From Sedimentisphaerales bacterium (lineage in GTDB: Bacteria > Planctomycetota > Phycisphaerae > Sedimentisphaerales > SM23-30), in assembly GCA_963663965.2 (NCBI GenBank), contig CAXXFK010000011.1:128001-192000 (forward strand): a stretch of DNA of 64,000 bases, read 5' to 3'. The position numbers and the translations under genes are program-made. Below, piece after piece: positions 53,359 to 64,000 of the stretch. The stretch's first letter is position 1. The number at the start of each line of letters is the position of its first letter. The notes beneath the pieces were generated by a model, which was given only the letters and a program-made list of their open reading frames with translations, was not told the origin of the DNA and did no database searches.

Positions 53359-54378
53359 TTAATGAATTTTCTGCTTTAAAATATCCATTTTTTCGCGTAC
53401 TTCCTGAGCCATGCGGGTATTGGGATACTCCTGCATAATTTCCATACCAACTCGAAGAGCTTTATCCCAGGCCTTTTCAGTAACATATAAGGAAAACTGA
53501 ATTCCCAGATTGTGCAGTCTGGCCTTAAATACATCCCGGGCAGATTCCTTCAGGGCTTCTGCCTCCGTCGGGGTTAAATAACTATCCAGTAATTTCAGGA
53601 TATCAACACTTTGATCCAGGTCATTATTTTGAGACGCGGATTTTAATTTTTTCAACAGTTCTTTCTTATGTTCCTGCCGGAGTTTCTCGGTTTGCCCAAT
53701 GATATTTTTCACTGATTCATTCTCCGGATAGAGATTTTCCAATTCATCTTCACGCTGTTGGGCTTCCTGATAATGATGAATCATCTGTAACGATTGTATC
53801 GTTTTAATCGCATCGCTAATCTTGTCTTGAAGAGTGGCATTACGGGCCTTTAGCACTTCCTGCCGCAGATAATCGGCATCGGCGTTATTTCCGAAACGGG
53901 TTTTCATCCGCTCAATCAGCCATTCCGCTGACTGCCATCTTTCCATGCGGATATCCTCTTGAATAGCTCCTTCCAGCACCTGACGATCTTTTTCTCGGAA
54001 TGCGATGGACTTTATATCATCACTCAGCAGGATATTTTCATTTATCGATGTTATCAGGGCCTGTAATTGTGTCTGACCGGATATAACGCTTCCCAGATTT
54101 TCGATCATATCCCCGGCCGCGCTGTGTAATTCCTTTATATAGGTTGTGATTAAAAAAACAGTTATAATTGCGCCACCCCATACAAATATCAGAAAGAGGC
54201 TCCATACGGTCTGGGCCGTTTGATTGGCAGGTCCATTATCAGAACCCGTCTGGCCAGACCAGTTCATAAGCTGATATATGATTAAACTGACAAAACCGGC
54301 CATAAATAAAAGGGCCGATATCCAATATCCTGCTTTGAGCGCGCTGTTTGCTTGTCGCATGCTGTCCTGACCTTTCAA
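53359..54378 (-). CDS. Hypothetical membrane protein with two TMs and a helical/TPR-like C-terminal domain
   Basis: Two N-terminal hydrophobic helices; LLSDDIK.IAFREKDR; EYPNTRMAQEVR. Confidence 0.8.
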   Translation of the reverse strand: MKGQDSMRQANSALKAGYWISALLFMAGFVSLIIYQLMNWSGQTGSDNGPANQTAQTVWSLFLIFVWGGAIITVFLITTYIKELHSAAGDMIENLGSVISGQTQLQALITSINENILLSDDIKSIAFREKDRQVLEGAIQEDIRMERWQSAEWLIERMKTRFGNNADADYLRQEVLKARNATLQDKISDAIKTIQSLQMIHHYQEAQQREDELENLYPENESVKNIIGQTEKLRQEHKKELLKKLKSASQNNDLDQSVDILKLLDSYLTPTEAEALKESARDVFKARLHNLGIQFSLYVTEKAWDKALRVGMEIMQEYPNTRMAQEVREKMDILKQKIH

Positions 54379-54498
54379 TGAAGATCTGCGTCCAAGTAAC
54401 CTGAAACCAACAAGTTACTTCTACTTTATTGTAGCACGAAATGACCATTGTGTCAAGTTGGGCGGTTTTCTACTCCGAAACGCAATATATTCGATTAT

Positions 54499-54532
54499 AA
54501 AAGAAAGGCCCATCACTCCAGGGTGATGAGCC
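54499..54532 (-). terminator. Intrinsic terminator downstream of the giant surface protein gene
   Basis: Minus strand GGCTCATCACC-ct-GGAGTGATGGGCC followed by TTTCTTTT. Confidence 0.7.
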
Positions 54533-54559
54533 GTGATAATACCTGTTATTTAAATCCAC

Positions 54560-57500
54560 TCACGCGCCCATCGCCGTTCCAGATCCAATATTTCGCAACA
54601 GCAGATCGATTTCATTTTCATAACCGATTTGGGTTGATGGTCCTATGCCGCCATAATTGACAACGGCGAAATCCTGGTAACTGGTACGGGTTTCAAATTG
54701 CTGTTCGACGAAATCGTTATTATAACCCATCATATTATTGGGTTCATAAGTATCATGATCGGTAATGTCAGGATCAACTTCAGTACCATGTTCCAAGCCC
54801 AGAATGTGTCCCAATTCATGCGCCCCGGTATAGGATAACATATTAATAATTTCATCGATCCGTTCGGTTTTATCATCAGACATCATCTCGCCAGTCAGGA
54901 TACCGTTGACATAGAGACGGGCATATTCTTCGGTAAAAATAACACATTGATCCGATCGGTCAGAATTGTACCGATCAACCGACTCAGCGATGCCCAATAA
55001 TCCGTTCATAGAGGAACGTCCGCCAAATATAACCGTGGAATATTCGGCATCGGCAGGATAAGGCGATCCAGCACTCCCGGGTCGGAGAGTCGTAAACTCA
55101 ATCTCATCTTCGGCAAGACCCGCCTCACGATAATAGCGTTCGATTTCCGCCGCAACTTGCGCAATGATATAATTACGATCAACGCCATCGTTGACCGTCA
55201 CCTCATCATCGCTGAAATCACTGGCTTTGAATGCCGGACGCTCAACCAGATTCTCATAGCCTCCGATAGAGGCGGCCAGGTAATCGGCAGTTTCATTCTC
55301 GCCGGTAATCGCATCGCCAAAGGCCAGATACACCAGTTGAGAAGGCGGATCGGATACCTGTTGGGTTTCCGAAAGCGTCACGGTCAATTCGTAAGGAATC
55401 GGTGAGTCAGCCGTATTGACATCATCCTTGGTCTTCAAACCGGTGATCACAACATAGTAGCGGCCTACTCCGTTTACCATCGGGTCAATAGTAACCGTCG
55501 TATGTCCGGGAAGCGTTTCCACGGCTTGAACCGTAAGATTAGGATCGTTCGACTGGGAATAAGCATCAAAAATGATTTCATCCTCTATCGGAGCCACGAC
55601 TACCAGCGACTCCAGATCGGCATTGTACAGACCCGCCCAGACATCAACCTGATCGCCGCCATAGATGTCTTCAGCATCGATATCGATCGAAATATACTGA
55701 CCTTCCTGCACTTCGAAAGTGTAGACATCACTGTCCAGATAGTTGCTGATAACAGAACTCACTGTCACCGAACCGGCCTCACCGGCGCTTAATAAGTTGC
55801 GTTGGGGAACGGTCACAATACCGGGAACACTCGGATTATCCGGATTGTATACCTCAATGGCGCCGCTGTTGGCTACCACCTCAACCGGATATTTATCATG
55901 ATCCGTATAATAAATATAGCTGTAATAAGGATCAACCGTCAAATCGGCGCTGCCGGCGCTGAGGTCAATTGGCTGATTGCCCGGTATAAATTTTTCATAA
56001 ACATAACCATCGGTCATCGTCATTTGACCGCTGGTTTTTTCCTGGGCCGCCTGGCCGGGGATCCCAAAATCGCCATTGCCATCATCAAAGAGCGTGACTT
56101 CCAGTTTATACTCCAAAGTATTTTTATAATTGCCAACTCCGAGTAAAAAGTCACTTAACGCAGTAACTTCAAACAGGTAATCGCCATCCGCCGGGGCCTG
56201 CATTTCAAGAATCCCCCCCGTCATCGTCAGTGCTGCCTGACCTTCCAGGGTAACAATATTATTAACTCCCGCAGGTGTATAAACATTCGCGGCTGATCCC
56301 AGATAAACGGTAATCGTATGGTTGACGCCTTCCTTATAAGTATCCAGATCGATCACAATGGATGCGTCGCCAAAAGACACAATGGTTGCGGCAATGTCAT
56401 CGTTCACCGATACCGAGTCAATATCGCCAAGATCGTTAAGCCATTCCAAATCCTTAAGTTGCACACGAATCACCGAATCCGCCGCCGCCAGCGACATGTT
56501 GGAATAATCGATCGTAATGGCATAGAATCCTCCTTCATCGGTCACTGAAGCATTCAAATCGCTGGTGATCGTTAAGGTATCCCCGGGGCCTCCCGTATTG
56601 ATCGTATAAGTGGTGGAATCCCCAAACTGATAGGCGTTTTCCGTAACATTGTCAGCAGCGGTCACGGCGATTTCCATGGTATCGGGCCGGTCATCAATCG
56701 TTTGAATCAGGAAGCCCCGTCCAAAGAAGGTCCGGCTGTCATAGGTCAGAATTTCCAGATTGGATCCCGACAGCGGCTGGATCAGACGCACCCGGTTTAA
56801 TTCGTCCGGATAGGATTCGGTCACATCGATCGCCACCAGATAATTGCTGGTCGCGTCCACGGCATACAACAATCCTTCATAATTGAAATCCATCGCAGTG
56901 ATGGCAAAAGGTTGACTGCCATTACTGCCCAGATTATTCTGCTCGCCTCCCACTGCCCAGGATTTGCCGAATTCCGGATTAATATTTAATTCCTGGCTGG
57001 CATAACGGGTCATGGTGTTATGGTCGAGTTCAACGAGGGTATTGCTGGCGGCATCATAACCATACATCCGGCCATTGGTATTGAAATTATAACCGACATC
57101 GCCAAATGCCAATTCGGTAATATTGGAAAAACCATCCGCATTTAAGTCGTGATTGCTCACCATAATGGTATCGTAAAGATTAACGATATCGCCAATCCGG
57201 ATGAGGGAATCGCGTGTGGTAACCGTGTTATCCTCAAGATTGGTCATTCGCACGGTTACGATACCATACAATGCCGGCAGCGATCCATCCACGATCAGGC
57301 CGTCATCGTCATACTCTTCCAGACCAAACTCCAGCCCTCGGATATCGATGATCTCAACGGCGGTCTCAGTGCTGTCCAGCAAACCTTCCTGATAGGCGTA
57401 GATATCGCTAAGCACATCGAGAGTTAACATGGTTTCGATATCCAGGCCATCGATCAGTTCGTTCGGATCGCTGACCATAATCGGTAACGTATCAAAAGAG

Positions 57501-60500
57501 ACGGTATCGATGAGTGCGAAAACCTCTTGACTGGCGTCATACGCCACGGCATCGAACCGGCTGAATTCAACATAGCTGTAAAATTCCACCAACAGGGCGA
57601 AATTCAAAGCCGCCTCAACCCGTTCGATCACGTCCGGAGTCAGGTAACTTTCCAGGTCATCGATTAACTCGGCATCGTTTAAAGTATCGTATAACAAATT
57701 CGAAAAATTGTCGGTATCAACCCGCCCCATAGTATCAAGCAGTGTCGGACTGATGGTCATTTCAGTCATAGTCGGCAATATCATATCTCGTGTCGGGTTC
57801 AAATCCACTCGCCCCCCCTGCCCGATCAACTGCCCGGTCAGGCTCTGATTATTCAGGATTAACTGCTCGATATATGCCGAACCGGCAAAATATAGTATGG
57901 TATCGCCATCGCCATCTTCCGGATTAATCAGAACCTGGATGGTATCGCCAAATGCAAATGCCTGAACATTAAGCGGATCGTCTGTAGCGACCGATACGAC
58001 ATCACCAACCGGCGTTTCCGGGATCCAGTCAATATCCGATATGGTCAAAGTCATGATATCTTCAAGGTTGGTGTTATACGTTATTTCGAGAGCGTAATAG
58101 AATCCACTATTCACGAAATCTTCACTGTGATAATTTTCAAATAAAAGGGATGGATCCGAATTAATCGTCAGTAGCGGATACGCGGCTTCACCAAACAGGG
58201 TTATCTCATCCGAAGCAAACGTATGCTCCTTCACACTGGTTTCATACGTTAAAGTAAACGTATCACCAATGGGAGAACCCAGCAACGGCGTCGCATTCAA
58301 AATGGCGCCTTTGGGTTCCGAAGCCAGGCCGCCCCGATCGGCGTCATTTTCAAAGACATACCAGGGATCGGCCCAGACTGCGCCAGTGGTTGGATCGACC
58401 TGATAAATGGCGTCAACCAGACGGTTGCTGTAATTATAAGCTTCCTGATCGTGTACTACCAGTAACCTCTGGCGATCTGGCGTGGCGGCCATGCCGGTAA
58501 TATTCAATCCCGTTAACGCGCTCCCGCTCTGGTTAAGCTGGCCCACTTCTGTGGCCGTGCCAAACGTGGCAGGGTCCAGCGGATCCGCAGCCAGGGTAAT
58601 TAACGTCCCGCTCGCGGCGTCCACGCCATAAAGAATACCACCCAGTTCGGCTAATCCGACTATATTCGCATAATCATCCTGAAGTTCAAAGGCGGATACT
58701 ACCACCTCCGGTTGAATGTCAGTAGCGTTGTCGATATCGGTTTCCCAATTGCTGATCAAGACCAGACGCTGGCTGTCTGAACCGACAAACTCAGCGATCG
58801 CCCAGAAGGAATCGCCGGAATGACCGGCCAAGCCCTTCAGGTCGGATATCTGGCCATAGACCTGTACCGTGTTAATCAGATTCAAATCATTCCGATCGTT
58901 TTCCAGCATGGTATAAGTAGGATAATCGGGGACGATAACATTATCAGAGACATCCTTATCGATTCGATAAAACTTGCCGCCCAACGGTTCATAACCATAA
59001 AAGGCATCGCTGCCATAAGCCACCTGATTTAATTCCGGAGCCACCACATCTCGAATCGGATCCAGATCGTCGCGACCGTTGTTTTGGTAAACGGGCTCCC
59101 ACGACGAGGAAAGAAAATCAGTTTCCTCAACCCGGTATAATAATCCGGTGATATCAGGATTGATATCCAGATAACTGTAACCTTCATTATAGCGTCGGCT
59201 GTAATCTTCCAGTTTAGCCTGGATAATCTGGCCCTGATCCACACCGTTAAAGCGATAAATATCACTGTCAAAAAACAGATCCGTTCCATAAAAATCATTC
59301 ATCTCGGTGCTATTGCCGAGAACTTCCTCATGGGACCAGGTCACATTTTCCGGGAAATCGCCCAGGAACGGATTGAAGGCGATCCGGGTATAGTTGCCGA
59401 TATCTCCGATCGCAAAGACATATTCAAAATCACCGCCGGGAGATTCGTTGCCCGTGGGGAACTCGCCGGTAAATTCGCCATCCAGTTTGACACCCATGCG
59501 ATTGACCAGCAGATTGGAATCGACAGTCACCTTATAATAATTGGTGCCTTCTGGTTCAATGTCGAATCCATCCTGCTTGCGATAATAAATGGCGTTCTCT
59601 TCTTCGACATATTCGATCCAGATGTCTCCCTGATCGCTGTATAGAACTTCATCATCAACCAGCCCGGCGACAATTTCAGCTTCGGTTGCGAACTGATAAT
59701 CCTGACCGTCTTTCTGGACCCTGACAACCGCATCCAGGGCTTCATCCTGAGTTAAAATCATACCGCTGTCAATCAGGGAGCCGTTCAGCTCCTTGCCGCC
59801 CACAGTCATGGTCCGCATGTTGCCGTAAGAGGTAAAACTCTGACCGCGAACAGTCACTCTATCCACATCGCCGGCGGCGATAATGGCATATTGATCACCC
59901 TGAATGCCGGATCCCGTTGCATAACCACTGATTTTAACCTGTCCAATGCTGGCCAGTTTTTCCGGCTTGGGTTTGACAAAGGTAATTTTGATGGTATCGA
60001 AATCATCCCCGGCGCCTGTGGATAGTAATTCGATATTCTCGATCTGTGGCGCATCGATTTGTTGATCCTGACTCAGGGTCAGGACATCATCATCGGTGCC
60101 GAATATCAAATCTTCGCCCGGTGAAACGCCGGCGACCAGGTTCGAACGATCCAGGTCCCCCTTGATGCTGACCGATCCCAGGTCACCCCGCTTCGGTGTG
60201 ACCGCTCCGTCAAACATATCGCCTTCCGATCCAATATCCAAACCGGCGGCCAGGGTGCTGAACGCCACATCCCTCTTGACCACGACTTTTTTCAGGTCGC
60301 CACCCGCGGCAATCTGCGCGACATAAATCGAACCCGATGTAATCTTTCCGATATCGCCGGCCGCCCGGACAGAACCGTTAATCGCATCGGTGACTGTCAA
60401 ACTGGTAAGATCGCCGTTACTGTTGATTACGCCATCCAGCGAACCGGAAATTTTGACGCTGCCCAATGTGGTTCCGGTATTGCTCAATCTGCCATCCAGA

Positions 60501-63500
60501 TCGCCCGAAACGGTTACGTTGCCCATGGTTTCGGCCGTCAACGTCGCATGGCTGTCAATTCCAGCCGTTTTCAGACTGCCCACGCTACCCCCGATTTGAA
60601 CCAGGGTCGTTAACGCGGTCGTGGCATCGATAGCGCCCAGATCGGCGGTTTTAACCGCCCCGCCTATGATGATTTGCGCGCCGGCGGCTATCCCGCCGAC
60701 TTTCAAAGCGCCAACACCCCCTCCAATATCGGTGGTCTGGCCGCTGACACCCAGAATTCCATCAATATGTAAAGACTTCAGACCTTCATCATCGCCGCTG
60801 AAAATATAACCGACATTAATCGTATCGGCGCCTTTGGCTTCTATTTTGATACTGGAACTATCATTCACGCCATTCAACTGAATTGCAGTAATGGAACTGG
60901 CTCCTAAAACAACCTCTCCGGTTCCATTGCCACTCAGCCTGATGGTGATGGTTTTGCCGTCCACGGTGGCAGTAAAGGGTGAACCGCTGTCAAAGACAAA
61001 TCCATTCAGGTCTCCCTGACCGACTATGGCGACATCCCAGGCCCGGAAACCGGTCTGATTCTGTATGATCGGCGTACTCAATTTTTTACCATCAAGATAG
61101 AGTTTTTCGATTCCAGAATCGGCAAAAATGCCAAACGGATTCCCGTCTCCTTGAACAGATTCGATCCGGACTGTGCCGATGGAAGAAACGCCTGAACCAG
61201 CCATATCACTGCCATCGCTGTCACCAAAAATTTGATTATCACCCGGACTGACGCCGGCGGCTATAACCGAATTATATAACGTGGAGACCGTGATCGACTG
61301 AATGCTGCCCACCTTCGGAGACTCAAGACTGTCGATCCCCGTGCCATCGATACGCAACTCGGTTTCGACAACCAGCCATAACGCATCCAGTTCAGCTTGA
61401 GTCAGGGTTTGCAGATTGTAAGTTCCCTCTACAATACCAGTTAAATTGGAACCGATACCCGGGTCAAAACCGGCCAGAATATAACTGTCTTTCATAATCC
61501 CGGTCACTTCGATTTTATCGATATCGCCACCGGCGGTAATGGTGCCGCTGACACCACCGGCAAACTGGCCCATACTGCCGACAATAATCTGCCCGATGCT
61601 GCCGGTAACATGGACCAGGCCGCTGACATTCTCGTCGACAATTAAAGTGCCCAGGTTGCCGTCAATAAAGACAATGCCGCCCTCTTCGATATTTCCCTTA
61701 ATATGGAGGGTATCGATATCTCCAGTGGAAATATAACGGCCCGTCGAAGTAATCGAACCATCAATTGGCGATATTCCGGCACCGCCGCCGACAATGGAAA
61801 TACCATTAATATCCGAACCGCTGATACTGAGTTTGGGACCTTCGCCGGCCGCATAATAATCGCCATACTGGTCGCCATTCTTGATTGTCAGCTTGCTGAA
61901 ATCACCGCCCACAATCACATCACCAACCATATCCGCCCGGTTAGCGCCTTTGCCATTGAGTGACAAGGCTTTGAAATCGTCTTTGACAACAATATCGCCA
62001 TTCAGATCGCCGTAGACCTTCACGCTGCCCAGGTTGCCTTCCACGACCAGATCACTATTCAGATTGGCGGCCGTTTTCCCGGATCCGACAGAAAAGCTCT
62101 TAAGATCACCCCAGACACGCAGTTCATCCCCATTTATGCCAAAGTCTTCGCCCACCTTGACACTGCCGATATCGCCGCCCACATTACCCGTCAGGGTCAG
62201 GCGTCCACCGACAGTCAGGTTCTTCAATTCCAGACCATCCAGATCGGCGCTGCGAACGGCATTGGAATATTCATCCCAGTTCAGCAGCATATCTGCCTGG
62301 AAGTCACCAGTCACCTTAATGGTGCCGATATGGCCATCCACCAGCAGAATACCGCCCTGGGGCGTGCCAAAATCGCCCTTCACAGACATCTTATTCAGAT
62401 TGCCGTACGGTCCAGTTAGTTCAATGGTACTGATCAGGTCGCCGCCCACCTTCAGATTCGCCAGAGGGCCGGCGACAACAATGGCCGAACCGACCATGTC
62501 ATTCTTGACACTCAAATTGTTCAGCGCGCCGGCATTAACCTGGACATTAGAAGCGGCGTCTTTGATATTAATTTTATTAATTTCTCGGCCGGCAGCGAAC
62601 ATGGAATCCTGAATATATTCCACATCCACATTGCCGATATTCACCCAGCTCTCGATCATACACTCGTCGATAATGGCGCCCGGCAGGATTTTAATGTTTT
62701 CGATCGAGTAAATGCTTAACACACTCGAATTAATCAAACCCTGACCGCCAACGATCAGCTGTCCGATGGTATTGAAATCCTCATCCAGATCGTTTCCAAA
62801 TAAACTCCCGCCACCCTGAATTTCAGAATAGAATATCCCTTCGGCCCCTTTGCCAACATAGAGTTTTCCGATGGTATTGGCAATAATGTTCGCGCTAAAT
62901 ATTTTTGAATCTTCACCGGTAACCTCAATGGTCCCCACCTCGCCGGCAACGGTATAAGCATTGGCCAGATTATAATCGAAAAATGTTCCCAGGCCTCCGA
63001 CACTCATAAAAAATCCATTCCCGATAATGCTGGCGCCATTAGAGACCCGTAAACGGGTAATCTCTGTCTGAGAAACCACCGGGCCTCTCAGATCATGCTG
63101 ATAACCTTCAACCGACGCGCTGCTCAAGGTACCCTGGATATAAACGCCGGATTCAGGAAAGACACCCATTCCGGGTGCGAGAATACCATCACCCAATTCA
63201 ATGCGAGCCACATCCCCGAACACGACGACACAGCCGTTCAGACCTTCAAAATCCGAAGGTGAATTGCTGCTGTCATCATTGTTCATTTTAATTGAATTGA
63301 CATTGCCCAGAACGGTCACATCCCCCAGCGCGCCATCGGTAGCGATATTGATTACCCCGACTTCCGAATAGATGCCGCTGACCTGAACACCAATAGGATT
63401 CCAAAGATCGCTGATCGCGAATAACTGAGCAATCGGTTGGGATGGATCAATAATCTGGTCGTTGGTATACCCCCCATCCGCATTAGTTGACAGCACAGAA

Positions 63501-64000
63501 GAAACAACTACCTGGCCGGTCGACGACCAGGTGGAACCGATATTGCCTTTGGCTTTGATGGCGTTAAATGGAATCAAAAGCTCTATATCGATATCGGTAG
63601 TCGTACCATCGGTAGTCGTACCATCGGTGGTCGTGCCATCGGTGGTCGTGCCATCCCCGGTAGTGACATCAGGATCCCGGTCATCCGGTATCCCATCGCC
63701 GTCTTCATCCGGGGGAATATATCCGGCTTCTTCGGTGATGATGATCGAGATCATATCGCCGCCGGTTTTATTGCTGATCCGGTCGATATTGCCGTTCACG
63801 ACTGTTTTAAGCACTGAAATATCGTTGGGGCCAACCATAACGCAACTATGTCCGCCATCGCCATCCACATAAATGGCGCCAATATCGACTGGTGAAGAGC
63901 GTCCATTATCAACGGTGGTGATGGTCACGCCATCGGTGCTGACAATACTTGCGATCGCAAATCCAACCGCCCGGCGACTGGTGCCATTGACCCACTGATT
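54560..64000 (-). CDS. Giant acidic surface protein (>3140 aa, 5' end outside the window) with beta-repeat regions, PPC-like domains and a C-terminal metzincin motif
   Basis: Frame is open to the window edge (NQWVNGTSRR...). Gly/Ile/Val-rich repeats; DSDVYTFEVQEGQYISIDID (PPC-like); propeller-like LYGVD/LYAVD units; HELGHILGLEH followed by NNMMGY. Confidence 0.88.
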   Translation of the reverse strand, partial: NQWVNGTSRRAVGFAIASIVSTDGVTITTVDNGRSSPVDIGAIYVDGDGGHSCVMVGPNDISVLKTVVNGNIDRISNKTGGDMISIIITEEAGYIPPDEDGDGIPDDRDPDVTTGDGTTTDGTTTDGTTTDGTTTDIDIELLIPFNAIKAKGNIGSTWSSTGQVVVSSVLSTNADGGYTNDQIIDPSQPIAQLFAISDLWNPIGVQVSGIYSEVGVINIATDGALGDVTVLGNVNSIKMNNDDSSNSPSDFEGLNGCVVVFGDVARIELGDGILAPGMGVFPESGVYIQGTLSSASVEGYQHDLRGPVVSQTEITRLRVSNGASIIGNGFFMSVGGLGTFFDYNLANAYTVAGEVGTIEVTGEDSKIFSANIIANTIGKLYVGKGAEGIFYSEIQGGGSLFGNDLDEDFNTIGQLIVGGQGLINSSVLSIYSIENIKILPGAIIDECMIESWVNIGNVDVEYIQDSMFAAGREINKINIKDAASNVQVNAGALNNLSVKNDMVGSAIVVAGPLANLKVGGDLISTIELTGPYGNLNKMSVKGDFGTPQGGILLVDGHIGTIKVTGDFQADMLLNWDEYSNAVRSADLDGLELKNLTVGGRLTLTGNVGGDIGSVKVGEDFGINGDELRVWGDLKSFSVGSGKTAANLNSDLVVEGNLGSVKVYGDLNGDIVVKDDFKALSLNGKGANRADMVGDVIVGGDFSKLTIKNGDQYGDYYAAGEGPKLSISGSDINGISIVGGGAGISPIDGSITSTGRYISTGDIDTLHIKGNIEEGGIVFIDGNLGTLIVDENVSGLVHVTGSIGQIIVGSMGQFAGGVSGTITAGGDIDKIEVTGIMKDSYILAGFDPGIGSNLTGIVEGTYNLQTLTQAELDALWLVVETELRIDGTGIDSLESPKVGSIQSITVSTLYNSVIAAGVSPGDNQIFGDSDGSDMAGSGVSSIGTVRIESVQGDGNPFGIFADSGIEKLYLDGKKLSTPIIQNQTGFRAWDVAIVGQGDLNGFVFDSGSPFTATVDGKTITIRLSGNGTGEVVLGASSITAIQLNGVNDSSSIKIEAKGADTINVGYIFSGDDEGLKSLHIDGILGVSGQTTDIGGGVGALKVGGIAAGAQIIIGGAVKTADLGAIDATTALTTLVQIGGSVGSLKTAGIDSHATLTAETMGNVTVSGDLDGRLSNTGTTLGSVKISGSLDGVINSNGDLTSLTVTDAINGSVRAAGDIGKITSGSIYVAQIAAGGDLKKVVVKRDVAFSTLAAGLDIGSEGDMFDGAVTPKRGDLGSVSIKGDLDRSNLVAGVSPGEDLIFGTDDDVLTLSQDQQIDAPQIENIELLSTGAGDDFDTIKITFVKPKPEKLASIGQVKISGYATGSGIQGDQYAIIAAGDVDRVTVRGQSFTSYGNMRTMTVGGKELNGSLIDSGMILTQDEALDAVVRVQKDGQDYQFATEAEIVAGLVDDEVLYSDQGDIWIEYVEEENAIYYRKQDGFDIEPEGTNYYKVTVDSNLLVNRMGVKLDGEFTGEFPTGNESPGGDFEYVFAIGDIGNYTRIAFNPFLGDFPENVTWSHEEVLGNSTEMNDFYGTDLFFDSDIYRFNGVDQGQIIQAKLEDYSRRYNEGYSYLDINPDITGLLYRVEETDFLSSSWEPVYQNNGRDDLDPIRDVVAPELNQVAYGSDAFYGYEPLGGKFYRIDKDVSDNVIVPDYPTYTMLENDRNDLNLINTVQVYGQISDLKGLAGHSGDSFWAIAEFVGSDSQRLVLISNWETDIDNATDIQPEVVVSAFELQDDYANIVGLAELGGILYGVDAASGTLITLAADPLDPATFGTATEVGQLNQSGSALTGLNITGMAATPDRQRLLVVHDQEAYNYSNRLVDAIYQVDPTTGAVWADPWYVFENDADRGGLASEPKGAILNATPLLGSPIGDTFTLTYETSVKEHTFASDEITLFGEAAYPLLTINSDPSLLFENYHSEDFVNSGFYYALEITYNTNLEDIMTLTISDIDWIPETPVGDVVSVATDDPLNVQAFAFGDTIQVLINPEDGDGDTILYFAGSAYIEQLILNNQSLTGQLIGQGGRVDLNPTRDMILPTMTEMTISPTLLDTMGRVDTDNFSNLLYDTLNDAELIDDLESYLTPDVIERVEAALNFALLVEFYSYVEFSRFDAVAYDASQEVFALIDTVSFDTLPIMVSDPNELIDGLDIETMLTLDVLSDIYAYQEGLLDSTETAVEIIDIRGLEFGLEEYDDDGLIVDGSLPALYGIVTVRMTNLEDNTVTTRDSLIRIGDIVNLYDTIMVSNHDLNADGFSNITELAFGDVGYNFNTNGRMYGYDAASNTLVELDHNTMTRYASQELNINPEFGKSWAVGGEQNNLGSNGSQPFAITAMDFNYEGLLYAVDATSNYLVAIDVTESYPDELNRVRLIQPLSGSNLEILTYDSRTFFGRGFLIQTIDDRPDTMEIAVTAADNVTENAYQFGDSTTYTINTGGPGDTLTITSDLNASVTDEGGFYAITIDYSNMSLAAADSVIRVQLKDLEWLNDLGDIDSVSVNDDIAATIVSFGDASIVIDLDTYKEGVNHTITVYLGSAANVYTPAGVNNIVTLEGQAALTMTGGILEMQAPADGDYLFEVTALSDFLLGVGNYKNTLEYKLEVTLFDDGNGDFGIPGQAAQEKTSGQMTMTDGYVYEKFIPGNQPIDLSAGSADLTVDPYYSYIYYTDHDKYPVEVVANSGAIEVYNPDNPSVPGIVTVPQRNLLSAGEAGSVTVSSVISNYLDSDVYTFEVQEGQYISIDIDAEDIYGGDQVDVWAGLYNADLESLVVVAPIEDEIIFDAYSQSNDPNLTVQAVETLPGHTTVTIDPMVNGVGRYYVVITGLKTKDDVNTADSPIPYELTVTLSETQQVSDPPSQLVYLAFGDAITGENETADYLAASIGGYENLVERPAFKASDFSDDEVTVNDGVDRNYIIAQVAAEIERYYREAGLAEDEIEFTTLRPGSAGSPYPADAEYSTVIFGGRSSMNGLLGIAESVDRYNSDRSDQCVIFTEEYARLYVNGILTGEMMSDDKTERIDEIINMLSYTGAHELGHILGLEHGTEVDPDITDHDTYEPNNMMGYNNDFVEQQFETRTSYQDFAVVNYGGIGPSTQIGYENEIDLLLRNIGSGTAMGA
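63593..63655. repeat. 15-bp coding tandem repeat, four copies, encoding (DGTTT)4
   Basis: atcggtagtcgtacc x2 followed by atcggtggtcgtgcc x2. Confidence 0.9.

Overview
Accessory, secretion-rich chromosomal region, most likely from a Planctomycetota (Phycisphaerae, Sedimentisphaerales-like) genome. This placement is inferred from Cys-flanked dockerin-like modules, an LExRxLL N-terminal motif and a PEP-CTERM tail. Left to right: partial dinB; two paralogous secreted LamG-like/dockerin proteins flanking a sulfatase; and a ~22 kb locus in which two giant CotH-kinase/lamin-tail-domain (LTD) proteins bracket a co-oriented VTC-domain, DUF4956, HlyD, TolC, LTD-scaffold gene string. Next come a PEP-CTERM pseudogene, an alpha/beta hydrolase, a subclass B1 metallo-beta-lactamase, a GH92 mannosidase and a TetR regulator. 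These are followed by a protein with four Cys/His repeats, an MCP, decayed small genes, a CBS histidine kinase/receiver pair, a REP-like palindrome patch, two hypothetical genes, and the 3' 9.4 kb of a giant surface protein ending in a metzincin motif. Two observations stand out: (i) a candidate polyphosphate synthesis/export system coupled to extracellular CotH kinases, and (ii) an unannotated 60-bp gap-free motif with dyad symmetry, present in four intergenic copies and each upstream of a minus-strand start codon. Several single-base indels in short homopolymers look like assembly errors. I saw no rRNA, tRNA or CRISPR array. All family assignments come from motif recognition by eye, not database searches.
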